From: Balanoglossus misakiensis
Lineage: Eukaryota; Animalia; Hemichordata
Length of the DNA: 64,000 nucleotides
Direction of reading: 5' to 3'
Assembly (NCBI GenBank): GCA_040954595.2
Contig: CM082579.2
Coordinates: 180,822-244,821 of the forward strand
Both the position numbers and the translations under genes were made by a program. This document shows, piece by piece, positions 23,995 through 35,861 of the stretch. A model generated the notes under the pieces. It had not been told where the DNA came from. It saw only the letters and a list, made by a program, of their open reading frames with translations, and did no database searches. Each line of letters opens with the position of its first letter. The first letter of the stretch is position 1.

Positions 23995-26900
23995 ATGATG
24001 CGCTGTGTAGTTACCCTCATTACAATTGCGTTGGTTTTCAAAGGTAAGGAAATATATGTCGTTTCTTTTCGGCAAACTAAAATACACGAGCCCTAAAGCG
24101 AACCCCCGTTTACCAAGTTAATAGCAGTTTTCCCGACTCTCTCCTTGTTCCATTCTTAAATTACAGATCCCCAAAGGTTAAAATATCAATACTGAAATAG
24201 AGTCCTTGGTGGAAGAAATTCCTTAAAACAAAATGTTTCCCACCACATTCCCTTTTTTCATCTCTTCACAGGTAACAACATGTCAAGTACGTGAGTATGA
24301 CAACTTCCCGTCCGGAGCATTTTCCCGCTTCGTCCTTTGGACAGTTATGTTTCTTTGTCTTCAAAACTGTAACTCAAAAACGGATGATCGGAAGTCCACC
24401 AAATTTTCACACAATCATACTGAAAACATGTTGTTGTTGTTGTTGTTGTTTTAAAATCATGATTCAGGTTTTTTCTAACATTCTTGGAATTTTAATTATG
24501 GTGATCCTTGTGGTTTTAACCTTACCTGTTGATTGGCTGTTTCTCAGGCATCGCACGTTCGGGATTTGGTCCGTTTTTTATACTGTATACGTAATACTAG
24601 TAGTTCAATACTACCAATTTTCGAGTCAAGATTATGATGCCACACTTCGGTAGTGTCTCGTAAATCTCAGCGTTCGGCATATACCAAATAACAAGATACT
24701 ATCTTTTTGTACTGTTTTTATAAAACGGAGAGAAAACATTCTGTTGTTCTGATTTTATGTTTATTCAAACTTGGGAATTTCATTTACGTTAAATGGAAAT
24801 TTATGGAGCAACATTTCACAATGGGATATCATTCTGCGAAGTGCCGTGTATAACAATACCACTGATATGCCGCGCCCCCTGTAGGGTATTCATGTACACT
24901 CATTAGGATCTAAAACAGCTATGGGAATTGAAATAACACGATGGTGGCCTTACATAAAATCAACCGACGGTGTAATACAAAAATATCACTATTATGTGAC
25001 TGAACCGGTTTCTTTGAATTCCTTATTGTCCAATAGCACAATCATATATGGATACCAGAGAAATAGTTGGGATACAAAAATAACCGACAATAATAATGAC
25101 TTTGCCTATACCGCGGCAAGTCTGGCAAATTATCAACCTCTACATTCGATGCGTGATGTACATGTAATTTCATCGAGATAGCATCTACTCTTAACAGAAC
25201 TGAATATCAATTCTCAGTGGCCTCATTTATCTTTAGGATCTGTTGGTGTTGAATGAAACAACGCAACGCGATGTAAGTTCTGACAGTTCATTTCCGTGAA
25301 TTGAATACACAATCGATCTTTTCTAGAAACTTTGATTTCAATAAAATCACTCGTTTGCTATTAATCGCCGTCTAACATCTGGTCGCTTAGATGCTGACAA
25401 TACTGCGTTGATTGCTTTGTTAACTTCAAATGGAATAATCCGATAGGATTGGGATCCTGGTATCCATGGAGCTTAGTGCAAGGCCTTTAGTTGGATGCAT
25501 GTCCTGTTGGCACCAATAAGGTGTTATTGCAATGAATAAAATGTCACCTTGGTTGGTCATCTCCTGCAAAGGTTCTCATATTGAAATCATTTCCAAATAT
25601 GTACTAAGCAACTATTGATAAGTAATAATAGATTGATGGAGATTTATATACCGATACACTGTTTTTATCTCTTTGAAATTGGTCATCAAAATTAAGCAAT
25701 CAACGTCATGGATATTTTCCTAAATAACAAAATTGTATTTAATGGACCTTGAGAGTGTATTCAGTAAATCAGTCAAATGTTCAACGCGCGGTATTGTCTC
25801 ACATTTGCAGAAGCTGCACCTATGGATAGGTTGCGCTTTTTCTTAACCACAGTAGTACACTAGACCTGTTTTCAACAACGATTGAACACGATTTGACCTA
25901 CTGGTATTTTGGGATAATTGCATGCAAATAAAACGTATAATATATGAACAGTAATTGTAGTAATTGGTAAGAACAGTTTGAACACAATTATGACAGTGCG
26001 GCGGGGGCATGTGTGTCACATGTACTCATATGGGAGTTTTCCAAAGCCTATATCCGCACGCATTTATCTAAAAATAGTTTCAATCGTGAATTTTCAAAAT
26101 TATGGAATGATTAATATCTGACATAAGATAAGGCCACCGGGCGACAACTCGCCAGTGCAGAAACAAATTTGCATTTCGCTTCCGTTTGCAAAGTATCGTA
26201 TCGTGTTTCTTTGTCTGGCGTTGGGAATTCAGTTGGAACGACACAATCTCCGGTGTTCCTATCCGATCGTGTCCGTTCCGGGTAGTCATTGTAAAGTGTA
26301 AAAAAAAATAGAACCTGTTCTTAAAATTTTTCGTTTTAGCATCATGTCGCAAACGCCGAAGGAATATCAGTTTATGTTTCTGGGGTAATTGGTCCTTTGA
26401 GTGATTTTATTTCTCCTGGGCACTTTTCACCGGTCCCTTAAAACACCCTAATATAAGCCCCGTGTGCTACTTGTAATTTCTCATACACATGGCCCCTCTC
26501 CTCGTCCAATAACATGACTAGTCCCTTAAAGTAAACAATCCAACACGGTATATAATCTCAATTTATAGAGCCTGGGGGCTATGCTGCAATCATAATACTG
26601 GTGGCATATGTGCGCCAGCGACAGAGATGACAAGCTGGAAGTGGAAACTGAACATAAAGGGCACATATTTTTTTCTTCTTCTGAGCACGTTTTTATAGTG
26701 CACGCCAATGGAGGGTACACATACTGTGCTGTTTTTTCGAGTGTTGAAGAGATGCAGATCATTTATGGCAATCGTACTTCTTTCCCTTTGGATGAATAGC
26801 TCACCGTCTTTAAGCAATCTGACAGAAAAAGGACCACAAGCTTTTCGTTCCATCAGCAAGCTTCAAACTTTGGCAAGCACTGAGTTCAAAATATTTGCAT

Positions 26901-29900
26901 CTCTGGAAGACTACATGAAATCTGTGAGATCAATTCTAGCCAATGGGTAAGTTCAAATCCTTTCAAAAATGGAATCCTTGAAGTGTATTGACTGTTGAAA
27001 TCTAAGTTACATGTTTTTAATAACGAATGTTTTCTTATCATGGTTGTCTCATGGACACTACTTTCACATAAAGAGAAGAATTGCACCAAATTTGATGAAA
27101 CCATCAACTGATGCGCCATGATGGTGTTCTCACGTGGTTGGGATATTCATGTTTCGCATAAAGAACATTCTATTCTACCGAAATATTGAATGGTAGACCA
27201 GTAGTGTCTATTCACTTTAATTTCACGTCTTTACTGGTGTTGATATGAAATGATTCCCCTGCAAAAAAAACCCAGAAAAACAATATTGTAGATATAAGAC
27301 TCGATAATGTCCGACACATTTTTTTCAGAGATCACTTTCTATCCCACTTTTCGCCAGTGTATCCATTAGTTAGCAGAGAAAACATTGCTGTTTTGGATGG
27401 GTGAGTACCATGGAAGAGCAGTCAATGTCACCTCTCTAATCACAAAGTACAACTTGTTTGTAGTACATGCATCACGACCTTACTAATATTAAGTCTGAAG
27501 AGTTACCGCTACACACATTCTTGTCACTGTTTGAAGCTGCTGTTGGCAACTACGAGATTTCGATGTGCGTTTGCCATTCTTTCTGTTAGCTGTTAGGCTC
27601 TGCTATGAAGACTGAAGAAGTAACGCTACATCCTCGTTCCTGTTAAAATAGTTTTAGTATCAGAAGTGTGTGCACTATGACAATGCAAATTTTATTTCTA
27701 CCAGGGAGGAAATTATTATGATTGACCTCAACCTATTCAAACGAATCAAACGACGAATTAGACATATTCAATTTATCTTAATGCATTGATAATTGGTCAC
27801 TATGCTACTTTAGAATCCTGTATGATGTTAAACCGATGGTGATGTCGGCGCTGGAACACGTAGATGGACACGTGACCAATCCGATTCTAGCATTTCAACT
27901 GATCTATCGCTTCATATTCATTTGGGGTGACTATGTCAAGAATAGGGTACAAGAAGGCATCGGTGACGGTGACGGTAAGATAACTGCATCACTGTTTTTC
28001 CGATTGCAAAGTAAGATGACAAAACCGTGTCAGGAAAGTCCCTTGAAGGTAAACACAAATCAACTGAATCGATATTCCACCGTCCATGTTTACAGCATAT
28101 TGATTCATTTTTAAAAGCCGAAATCAAAATGTTGGCATTTTGTTTCAGGGTTCATACACGAGCTCAACTCTACTAACAGGCTGCTGTCTTGGAAATCCGA
28201 ATTCAACGGAGCTTGCCAGGCCGTTTTTCGAATGCAGTATATGTACCAAGTGTCGTGCAGGGATTTTGCTAATGGTGTCCTTCCCGGAACAGACAGTAAG
28301 GTGAAAGTCGAAATTTATAACTGTTTGGCTGAAATGTTTTTATAAAAATGGCTAAGCTAAGTTTGGTCAGGTTTCATGACCAAATTTTCTTCGAAAAATA
28401 ATACAATGTAGCCACCAATATGCTGACAGCTGTAATGATTGACACTCAGACCCGGCCAGTCGGACACGTTGAACAACAACCACCTTTCTCTAGGCACGTT
28501 GGTAGTAACACCTGGTCACATTATGCATGTATTATGTAACAGTATCGATCAGCAATCATGACAACAGCGATGTCATCACGAGGACATGTTCTATGAAAAG
28601 AATGGGAAGCTGTTTTTCATATTCTCGTGTACCTTACCGTCAATTCTATTTCTAGACCCTTCCGTCCCATCTTGGCGTCGAACACTGCTATATGTTAGGA
28701 ATTGAAGCTTACGAGATTGACGATTATTACATGTGTGTCAAGTGGATGGAAGAAAGTTTGCGCAGACTCAATGCAGGCTATCCAGTCAGGCGGTGGGACC
28801 AAGTCACCAGATTGTGCATTTTGGAATATATCGCATCTTGTCATTATTTGGGCGAAAACATATACAACGCAATTTCATTTACCGAAAAGTTACTGGAGAT
28901 CGGTAAGTTCTATGTAAGATGTTTTTTTTTTTTAAATTAACGCTTCTCCCCATTTGTCTCCTAGCATAACAGGATATCAAATGTGTTGACGTTCGGGTAT
29001 GGAGTCACCTAAACTCTTCATATTTTACGAAATCAGTGCATCTGGAAGGAAAAACGTGTCCTTTGAAACATTTGTGATAATTGTTGCATTTTCCATAAAT
29101 CCTGGACCCTACGCAGTGGTAAACTATGACTCGATTCTTGCGAAGACTTGTAACGGGTGAATTAATCACCGGTATGGTGACTTATTGGGAAAGGACACTT
29201 TTATTGAATGAGTACTGCGCCAGATAACAAACCTCCGTGGTTTTAATTTGTTATTGACAGATTCTTCGAATGTTAACGCCAAAACAAATCTCAAACTTTA
29301 TAACAAGTTGGCAAAAGAAAGCGGTTACAGCGAATTTGATGAACCGGACTATCCTGAAGAAGGCAAGGGCTTTCTATTGAGTTTGACACTAGGCGAAAGA
29401 TATGAGAAATTGTGCAGAGGTGAAATTTCTAAGGTGATTCTTGCATTATTGTGTTATTTATATAAAGTTTGAAGTGCTGATGTTAAAGCCCTTTCTCACC
29501 AATATGCAACTTAATCTTCTGAGGTATTTTAAAAACCTTATTAAGTATTTTCAGGTACATATCATACTTTAACTGACACAAAATCCTTGAATTTGATAAC
29601 TTGATACAACATTACAGTTTTGATTTTATCTCACAAAGCCATCAGGAGAGAAGCAGATGAATCTTTATTGTTATTACAAGTCAGACCATCCACTGCTTTG
29701 TTTACAACCTGTTGGAGTAGAGATATTACGCGATAACAACCCAAGAGTCGTTATATTTAAAGATGTCTTCAGAGATAGGGAATGTGAACTAATTATAGAC
29801 AAGGCTCGGCCTCAGGTGAGCAATTTGACAGATTGTTACTTCTAATGTTCATATTTTTATTACGTATTACGTTATTAAATAGGGCCGTCGATGATGCTAG

Positions 29901-32900
29901 TTCAGGGGTCAGTTTTATCAGTGCTATATGGGTATTTTAGCATTAGCTGGATTGAGCTCTCCTCCAATCATAATGGTGGATAGTAGCATTATATAAAATA
30001 CCTATTAATTTGTGTTTTAGCTTGTTACTTCTGGGGTTGCAGCAAAGAAGAACGAATCAAAAATACAAGACTACAGAATTAGCAACACGTAAGTACCCAC
30101 GTCAGAATTGAATGTTTATCAACAAACCTGGCTAATTATCTTCTGATATATCCCTGTACTTCGACATTATGAGAACAACTAGCATCAACTCTCAACTGAC
30201 AGTCTTTGCCAAGAGTTTGTTTTATGAGATGGGGCTATGCGACCTCCATGGAAATCCACACACAACCAATATTTCAAACTATACAAAGTGAAATCAAATA
30301 TACAGATATAGGAAATAAATTGTATACATTTTTACGTTTCGTTCGTTCGAGATTACTGACGATATGCATACCAACCTACCAATGATGAAACTTTAAAAAA
30401 TCAAATTGCCACAGCTGTTGTTCAATTTGAATAGATAAAAATCCGTGCATAGATAACATATGTTACCACAAAATAACAGCACCAGTCAGCAATGTTTATC
30501 TGATTGGAGTTCTGTAAAAATTGAATGTTTTTTTTAAGTGAAACCTTCAGTTCCCACAGTTTTTATAGGGTGGGGTTGCCAGATACCAGCTTGCATATTG
30601 TAAAAATATGGACTTGTTTTCCTGAAGTGGTTGATTTTTTCTTTTGTTTAGGGCGTGGTTACGTGATCGACAGGACCCAAGTTTGAAAGGCGTGACCAAA
30701 AGAATGGAGGTGTTGTCGGGATTAACTGCAGAAACAGCAGAACCACTTCAGGTTCGTCAACACATTTCATAAGATAAGGGGCTTTCACTTATTATGGTCC
30801 TAGGGGGTAGGCTTGAGAGGTCGGTCGGTCCGGCATGTTGCTACAATGTCACCCTTCGCAGATTCCTTGTTTGTAAAATGTGACCATCTCACAAGGAACC
30901 GTGGTAAAATTTGATAGAGGTTGCACTAAGTCATATCAAAATGCATCCACATTATTGACCCGCTTTTTTGCATTAAAATCACACTTTCACACTTTTAATG
31001 GCCGTCTGAGCTTGGCTGACTTGTGACCATTCGCTTGACAGAGATGATACCTTACCACTGTTACGATTGTACTACGAATGCATAGAATTTAAATATCAGT
31101 GGTGGATGAACAATAAGGGTGTACGTCATTAACATAGCATTAGCTGTAGTAGCCGTACACCTGGGTATTTTGAATATTACGTAAGGGTTTTTGATTTTTG
31201 ACTCTCGGCAACGGCAGTCAAGTGGCGTTAGCCGAACAGAAAACAGACAAGTTGCACTCGGTCATTATCATGGGCGACAGGGACTGGTATCTTGTAATCC
31301 ACGTGTGAGCTCGGTGTTGAAGTTCAGGAAGTCGGGTATGTCCTGTTGCTCTCGGACTTAAAATGCATGTCTACGCCAGCAACTGTAAGTGAAGTGAACC
31401 TGTTAATTTCTTCTGAGAGGACTTCAGGAAAGAACTTTGTGAGACAGCAGCACGCCAGCATGAACCATCGTCGGGTCGGTGCAGAGAACTCACGGAACAC
31501 TGAATAAGTTGATATCAAATGACGTCAGACGCGCTCAGGCGGCAGTTACGTTCGCATTCAAATTTCCAGATGACGGGCAACTTCAGCAACGTGGACTTAC
31601 GTGGTGCTGGCAAAGACTGTGCAGATACATGTTATGTGTTTGGCGGCACTAATAAGAACCTTGGTGATTTCGGAGAGATAAATTACGATAATTGTTAATT
31701 CTCAATGAGAAATTATCATCACATCGACTGAAAATAAGACTTTGTAAGCTAGAACCTTGAAAAACTTTGACTTTGTAGGCTGTTTAACGTAAGAACCACG
31801 ATTTTTCGGTAAGAACCACGGCTATGCATGAAACTGCCTATCTAAGTACCTTGATGATATGAGAGCGCTATAGAGCGGTAATTCTTAATTTTTAATGAGA
31901 AATTATCATCGCATAGACTAAAATTAAGACTTTGTAAGCTAGAACCTTGAAAATGTTTGACTTTATAGGCTGTATAACGTAAGAACCACGATTTTTCGGT
32001 AAGAACCACGGCTATGCATGAAATTGCCTATCTAAGAACCTTGATAATATGAGAGAGCTATAGAGCGGTAATTAATGTTGAATGAGAAACTATCATCGCA
32101 TCGACTAAAATTAAGACTTTGTAAGTTAGAACCTTGAAATTTTTTGACTTTGTATGCTGTATAACGTAAGAACCACGGCTATGCATGAAAATGCCTATTT
32201 TTAAAAGTAAAAGATCACTCGGAAAAACTTTTACTTGATGTTGAAATATTGCTTGCCCCTCATCTGAAAATGACAACGCCGTGGGGCACATGGCCAGATC
32301 ACGTGATTGATAGTAAAGAATGATCGCGTCCGCTCACCACGTGTGTAATATTACCGCGGAACTGATACAAGTTTCTTGAGGACATTACAATATTTGAGTA
32401 AGAACCCTAGTTACATGTACATTTAAGTTTCAGTGCTTGTACTGTGATATTATTTTTCTTCCTGTGACAAATAGATTCGCAGTGAAACGTATAACTTTGG
32501 GTGTTCAGTGTATCATTGTTGTTGCTGTCTGGGTGTTTGTGTTGTGAGTTTTTGGTTCGTAAGACCACATTCTAGGGCACTGCAGGGGGTACACCGGAAG
32601 TGCAGCCAAAAGCACTCGAAACACACTCCCCTTACTGAAGTACCCCCTTGCTGTTCTAGTCTTGCTCATCTTTAGACCCATTTGCAGGTAGTGAATTATG
32701 GGATGGGAGGAATGTACGAACCACACCATGACTATTCCAGGAACCAACCTATTCTTAAGAATAGAGTAGCTACCTTCTTAGTGTATGTAAGTATAATACT
32801 TATATTGCATTATTTTCAGAATGCCATCTTGAAAGAGAGTATCATGATAAGCCTGGTCGCAATACAAAAATGTACTAAGAAAAAACATCGACATGATCAT

Positions 32901-33485
32901 GAAAAACGCACTTTGTTTATTCAGACGCCAAAACTACAATGTATATTTTCTATATTGCAGTTGAGCGATGTCAATTGGGGTGGTGGAACCATTTTTACTG
33001 TTGGAGCAAGAGTATTGCCAAAGAAGGTATTCAACATATGTATGCTTGTAGTCTAGCGTGCCTGCGTGCGTGGTGGTGGTGGTGGTGGTGGTGGTGATGA
33101 TGGTGATGATGATCATGATGTATACTTGCTTCCAGGGAGATGCATTGTTTTGGTACAATATGAAGCGGTCAGGTGACTACATACCCGAAAGTCAACATGC
33201 TGGATGTCCTGTTATGCTGGGCGACAAATGGAGTAAGTTCATTACGCTAAATCGGAACGCCCTTCGATTGTTGAAAAATTCAGGGGTGATGTCTGAGTTA
33301 TCGTTTCATATGTTTATTATTGGTTCAAAAATGTCGAAGATCCTCAATATTGAAAGAAGTCATGTCAGGACAGAATGTTCATACGAATGTTATGTTTTCT
33401 CTTAACAGTTGTGAACAAATGGTTCAGTTATATCGGACAAGAAAATCAGTACAAATGTGGGTTATCACCCGACGCTCCGGAGTAG
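23995..33485 (+). CDS. P4HA: Prolyl 4-hydroxylase alpha subunit (collagen P4HA family), divergent, 15 exons, about 567 aa
   Basis: Exons 23995-24043, 24272-24290, 26800-26946, 27329-27400, 27814-27974, 28149-28300, 28656-28902, 29261-29433, 29639-29815, 30021-30088, 30652-30751, 32688-32786, 32961-33026, 33136-33232, 33409-33485; GT-AG, 1704 nt in frame. P4HA motifs: NPILAFQLIYRF, GACQAVFRMQYMY, CYMLGIEAY, YEKLCRGE, YRISNTAWL, AEPLQVVNYGMGGMYEPHHD (HxD), NRVATFLVYLSDV.WGGGTIF, FWYNM, HAGCPVMLGDKWIVNKW. The first two exons (signal peptide MMRCVVTLITIALVFK and a 19-nt micro-exon) are less certain. Confidence 0.9.
24429..24450 (+). repeat. (TTG)n microsatellite
   Basis: tgttgttgttgttgttgttgtt read directly, in P4HA intron 2. 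Confidence 0.8.
24872..24885 (-). promoter_or_regulatory. Weaker CTCF-like motif
   Basis: Minus strand CCTACAGGGGGCGC resembles CCAGCAGGGGGCGC with mismatches in the 5' half. Confidence 0.25.
31653..32198. repeat. About 190-bp tandem repeat, roughly 2.9 copies, in a P4HA intron
   Basis: aatgagaaa(t/c)tatcatc recurs at 31704, 31894 and 32081 (offsets 190 and 187), each followed by taagactttgtaag.tagaaccttgaaa...taacgtaagaaccacg...gctatgcatgaaa.tgcctat. An internal taagaaccacg duplication is present in copies 1-2 and absent from copy 3. Confidence 0.9.
33070..33120 (+). repeat. Compound (GTG)n/(GAT)n microsatellite
   Basis: Read directly; lies in the 109-nt intron just before the acceptor at 33135. 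Confidence 0.85.
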
Positions 33486-33692
33486 CCACAAGGTCTCTTG
33501 GTCGTTTTGGTGATATTTTTGATTTTAATTTCCAATGTGACGTGTGTGTGATCTCCAACAAGCAATTAAAAAAGACAATAAACATATCAATCAATGGTGT
33601 GGTTTGGACTTTGGAAGTTGGGCATGTTTGCGTACGTTGCTTTCTTTGAACGCGTGCGTTGGGGGCCATCGTTGTCAAGGTTCCATTCTGTC

Positions 33693-34140
33693 TGGTACAT
33701 CATGAAACGGTCCGGTGAATTCATTCCCGAAAGTAGACATGCTGGTTGTCCTGTTCTCCTCGGCGAAAAATGGAGTATGTATTGCTGAAATATGTAGTTC
33801 TCTTAAAACATTCATAAAATCATCACCATAACCAGGAATAGCACTAGCTTCATACCACTTTCTACGACATCAGAATTGACCTCGAGGTCACCGCGAAGTA
33901 AAAAAGTCTGCAATCAAAAAAACCCCGCGCCAATCGCAATTCGGCACTTTCAGCAAGAATGACGTGTTTTTGAATTGTGCGCATTGTAAAATGGTACAGA
34001 AAATACATGTTAAAGTTAAAAACAATTTGTATTATTTTTTTACAGTTGTAAACAAATGGTTCATTTACCTAGGACAGGAAAAACCCTTCAAATGTGGCAT
34101 ATCGCCTGACGCACGAGAAGATGGAAAACAATCGAAATAA
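33693..34140 (+). pseudogene. Duplicated P4HA 3' end: 5'-truncated penultimate exon plus an intact terminal exon (paralog remnant or alternative last exon)
   Basis: 33693-33774 encodes WYIMKRSGEFIPESRHAGCPVLLGEKW followed by a GTATGT donor, paralleling 33136-33232, but lacks the GDALF codons and a phase-0 acceptor. 34046-34140 follows a ttttttacag acceptor and encodes (I)VNKWFIYLGQEKPFKCGISPDAREDGKQSK*, with AATAAA at 34287-34292. Confidence 0.8.
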
Positions 34141-34861
34141 CCTAATTAGCAACTGTGGTTTGAATATGGACACTAAATTTAGTTCTGATGTATGCATAAC
34201 AAAAAATAGAATTTGCAGGTATTTGGATCTCTGAGAATGTAATCACTTCTTAAATCGGTCACGGTGTACACAGACCATTGGCATTCAATAAAAATGGCAC
34301 TCCGCCCACTTCAGATTTTATTTGTTTGACATTTTCTTTTTACAATCGAAACAAGTATAAGTATCAATAGATTTGATTCGATCGGCCACTTCAAAAATAT
34401 TTGAATATCACGAAGTACATATATTTTGTCAATGTTTGCTCTTTTTATGGGACTCAATTACAGCCACTTGTCTGACTTGACCTATTTTATGGAAAATTGT
34501 CCAGAGATTGTGAAGACTGGATAAATCGAAAACTTGTTTATCGACACTAATGACCAATATTTCTGAACCGTTATGGATTATTTTTAAATTTCTGATACAT
34601 CATGAATGACAGAAGGTGGTAGTGTGTGCACAGAAAATTAAGTTTTTGTTTGACATCAACTTAATCTGAGCGTCTTATCAGTTCATGTATTTTTATAGCA
34701 GTGCGTTCACTGCACGCGGCTCATAATCAGAACGAGGTTCTGTTTGTCGCATAAAGTCAATTGCGCCAAATCAGTACGCTAAGAGTTATCATCGATGCTG
34801 ACACAACTCCGTACCATATTTTATCGTTCTAAAGGACCACGAGACACGACAGGGAACAGCG

Positions 34862-34982
34862 ATGGCGTCATGCATTGTTTTTCTCGTTCTTTTCGGGAGC
34901 AGCCTTCTTCATTCGGTTCGCTCGGCTAATGGTTTACCAGTGGTCATAACGACATGGACGTATCCAGAAGCAACTGCAACAG
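34862..34982 (+). CDS. AGA: First coding exon of an aspartylglucosaminidase (glycosylasparaginase)-like gene; remainder not in window
   Basis: ATG at 34862 gives MASCIVFLVLFGSSLLHSVRSANGLPVVITTWTYPEATAT, then a phase-1 G|GTACAA donor. Signal peptide followed by LPVVITTW.Y..AT, which resembles the mature N-terminus of AGA (LPLVVNTWPFKNATEAAW). Not present in the ORF track. Based on only about 17 informative residues. Confidence 0.75.
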
Positions 34983-35740
34983 GTACAAAACGCGATTGAA
35001 ACTATTTTAGGATAATTGCATCTAGATGAATTGACAGATTTTACCCTCAGTAAACACCGCAGTTTTTGTCAAAATTTCAAAATTTCCCCCGTATGCACCA
35101 AACGCTACTCATTTATGTTCATAGTTTCATCGTATGCAAGTATCCCAAAATAGATCCAACCGCGTTAAATTTTACATTTTTTCCGTGCACGACGATAACA
35201 TGTTGTTAGTGCATAGTTGAGATGTTTTACAGTTTACTTTGCATGGACATGAAACCCGATATTTCTTTTCGAAATTCAAGTGTCGTACCTGGTCATTAAT
35301 ATGTTGTCATCATTTCATTGTTTCATGCTGCTGTTTTATCTATTCCACTTTTAAAAAGGTACAAATATACTTTACGGTAAAACATCCATTCAGAGAATTC
35401 GTGCACCAGTTGCATGACAGATGTGAACTTATGAGACTATAAATTCCCAGGCGCTCAAGGTCACACCCAAACATTTGCACCTATCAGTCAATCTAGACTG
35501 GAGGTTAAAGACCAGAGGTGATAAATACCATACTCCAAATTTCAGACAACCTGCAACCTGAATCTGTTAAGAACTGATTTGATAAATTTGAAAGTCCATG
35601 TTTACTTAAAAGTGCTGCTTGTTAACGTCTGACAAAAATGTACTCTATTCTTGCATCCGCCGATAGTGGTGTACTGCACCGTGTAGTATAATAATATTGA
35701 ATTGAATCTTAGACAGTAGAGTGGGAAGATGTCCAAAACA

Positions 35741-35861
35741 CCAAAATTCGCAAGTTCGGGAATTTGTCATTTTTGACCATTTTCGTGAGCTATATATAAC
35801 CCATGAAAATCGTCCAGAAATGTACAAAAAGCCAAAATTCGCAAGTTCGGGAATTTGTCAT
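35741..35861. repeat. Satellite boundary: 30-bp direct repeat enclosing an inverted satellite fragment
   Basis: ccaaaattcgcaagttcgggaatttgtcat occurs at 35741-35770 and 35832-35861. The reverse complement of 35770-35806 is tcatgggttatatatagctcacgaaaatggtcaaaaa, i.e. the monomer start with a 4-nt TATA insertion. Confidence 0.85.

Noticed and set aside
23501-25181. ORFs 23501-23899, 24291-24653 and 24921-25181
   Set aside because: No recognisable motifs, AT-rich intron-like composition, one spans a TTG microsatellite; they lie upstream of or within introns of P4HA.
26355-26530. Short motifs resembling MITE termini (here, near 23890 and near 30775)
   Set aside because: No matching pair of terminal inverted repeats or target-site duplication could be established by eye.
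33058-33135. Poly-Val/Met N-terminus of ORF 33058-33405 as a membrane anchor
   Set aside because: It is the translation of an intronic GTG/GAT microsatellite upstream of the true acceptor at 33135.
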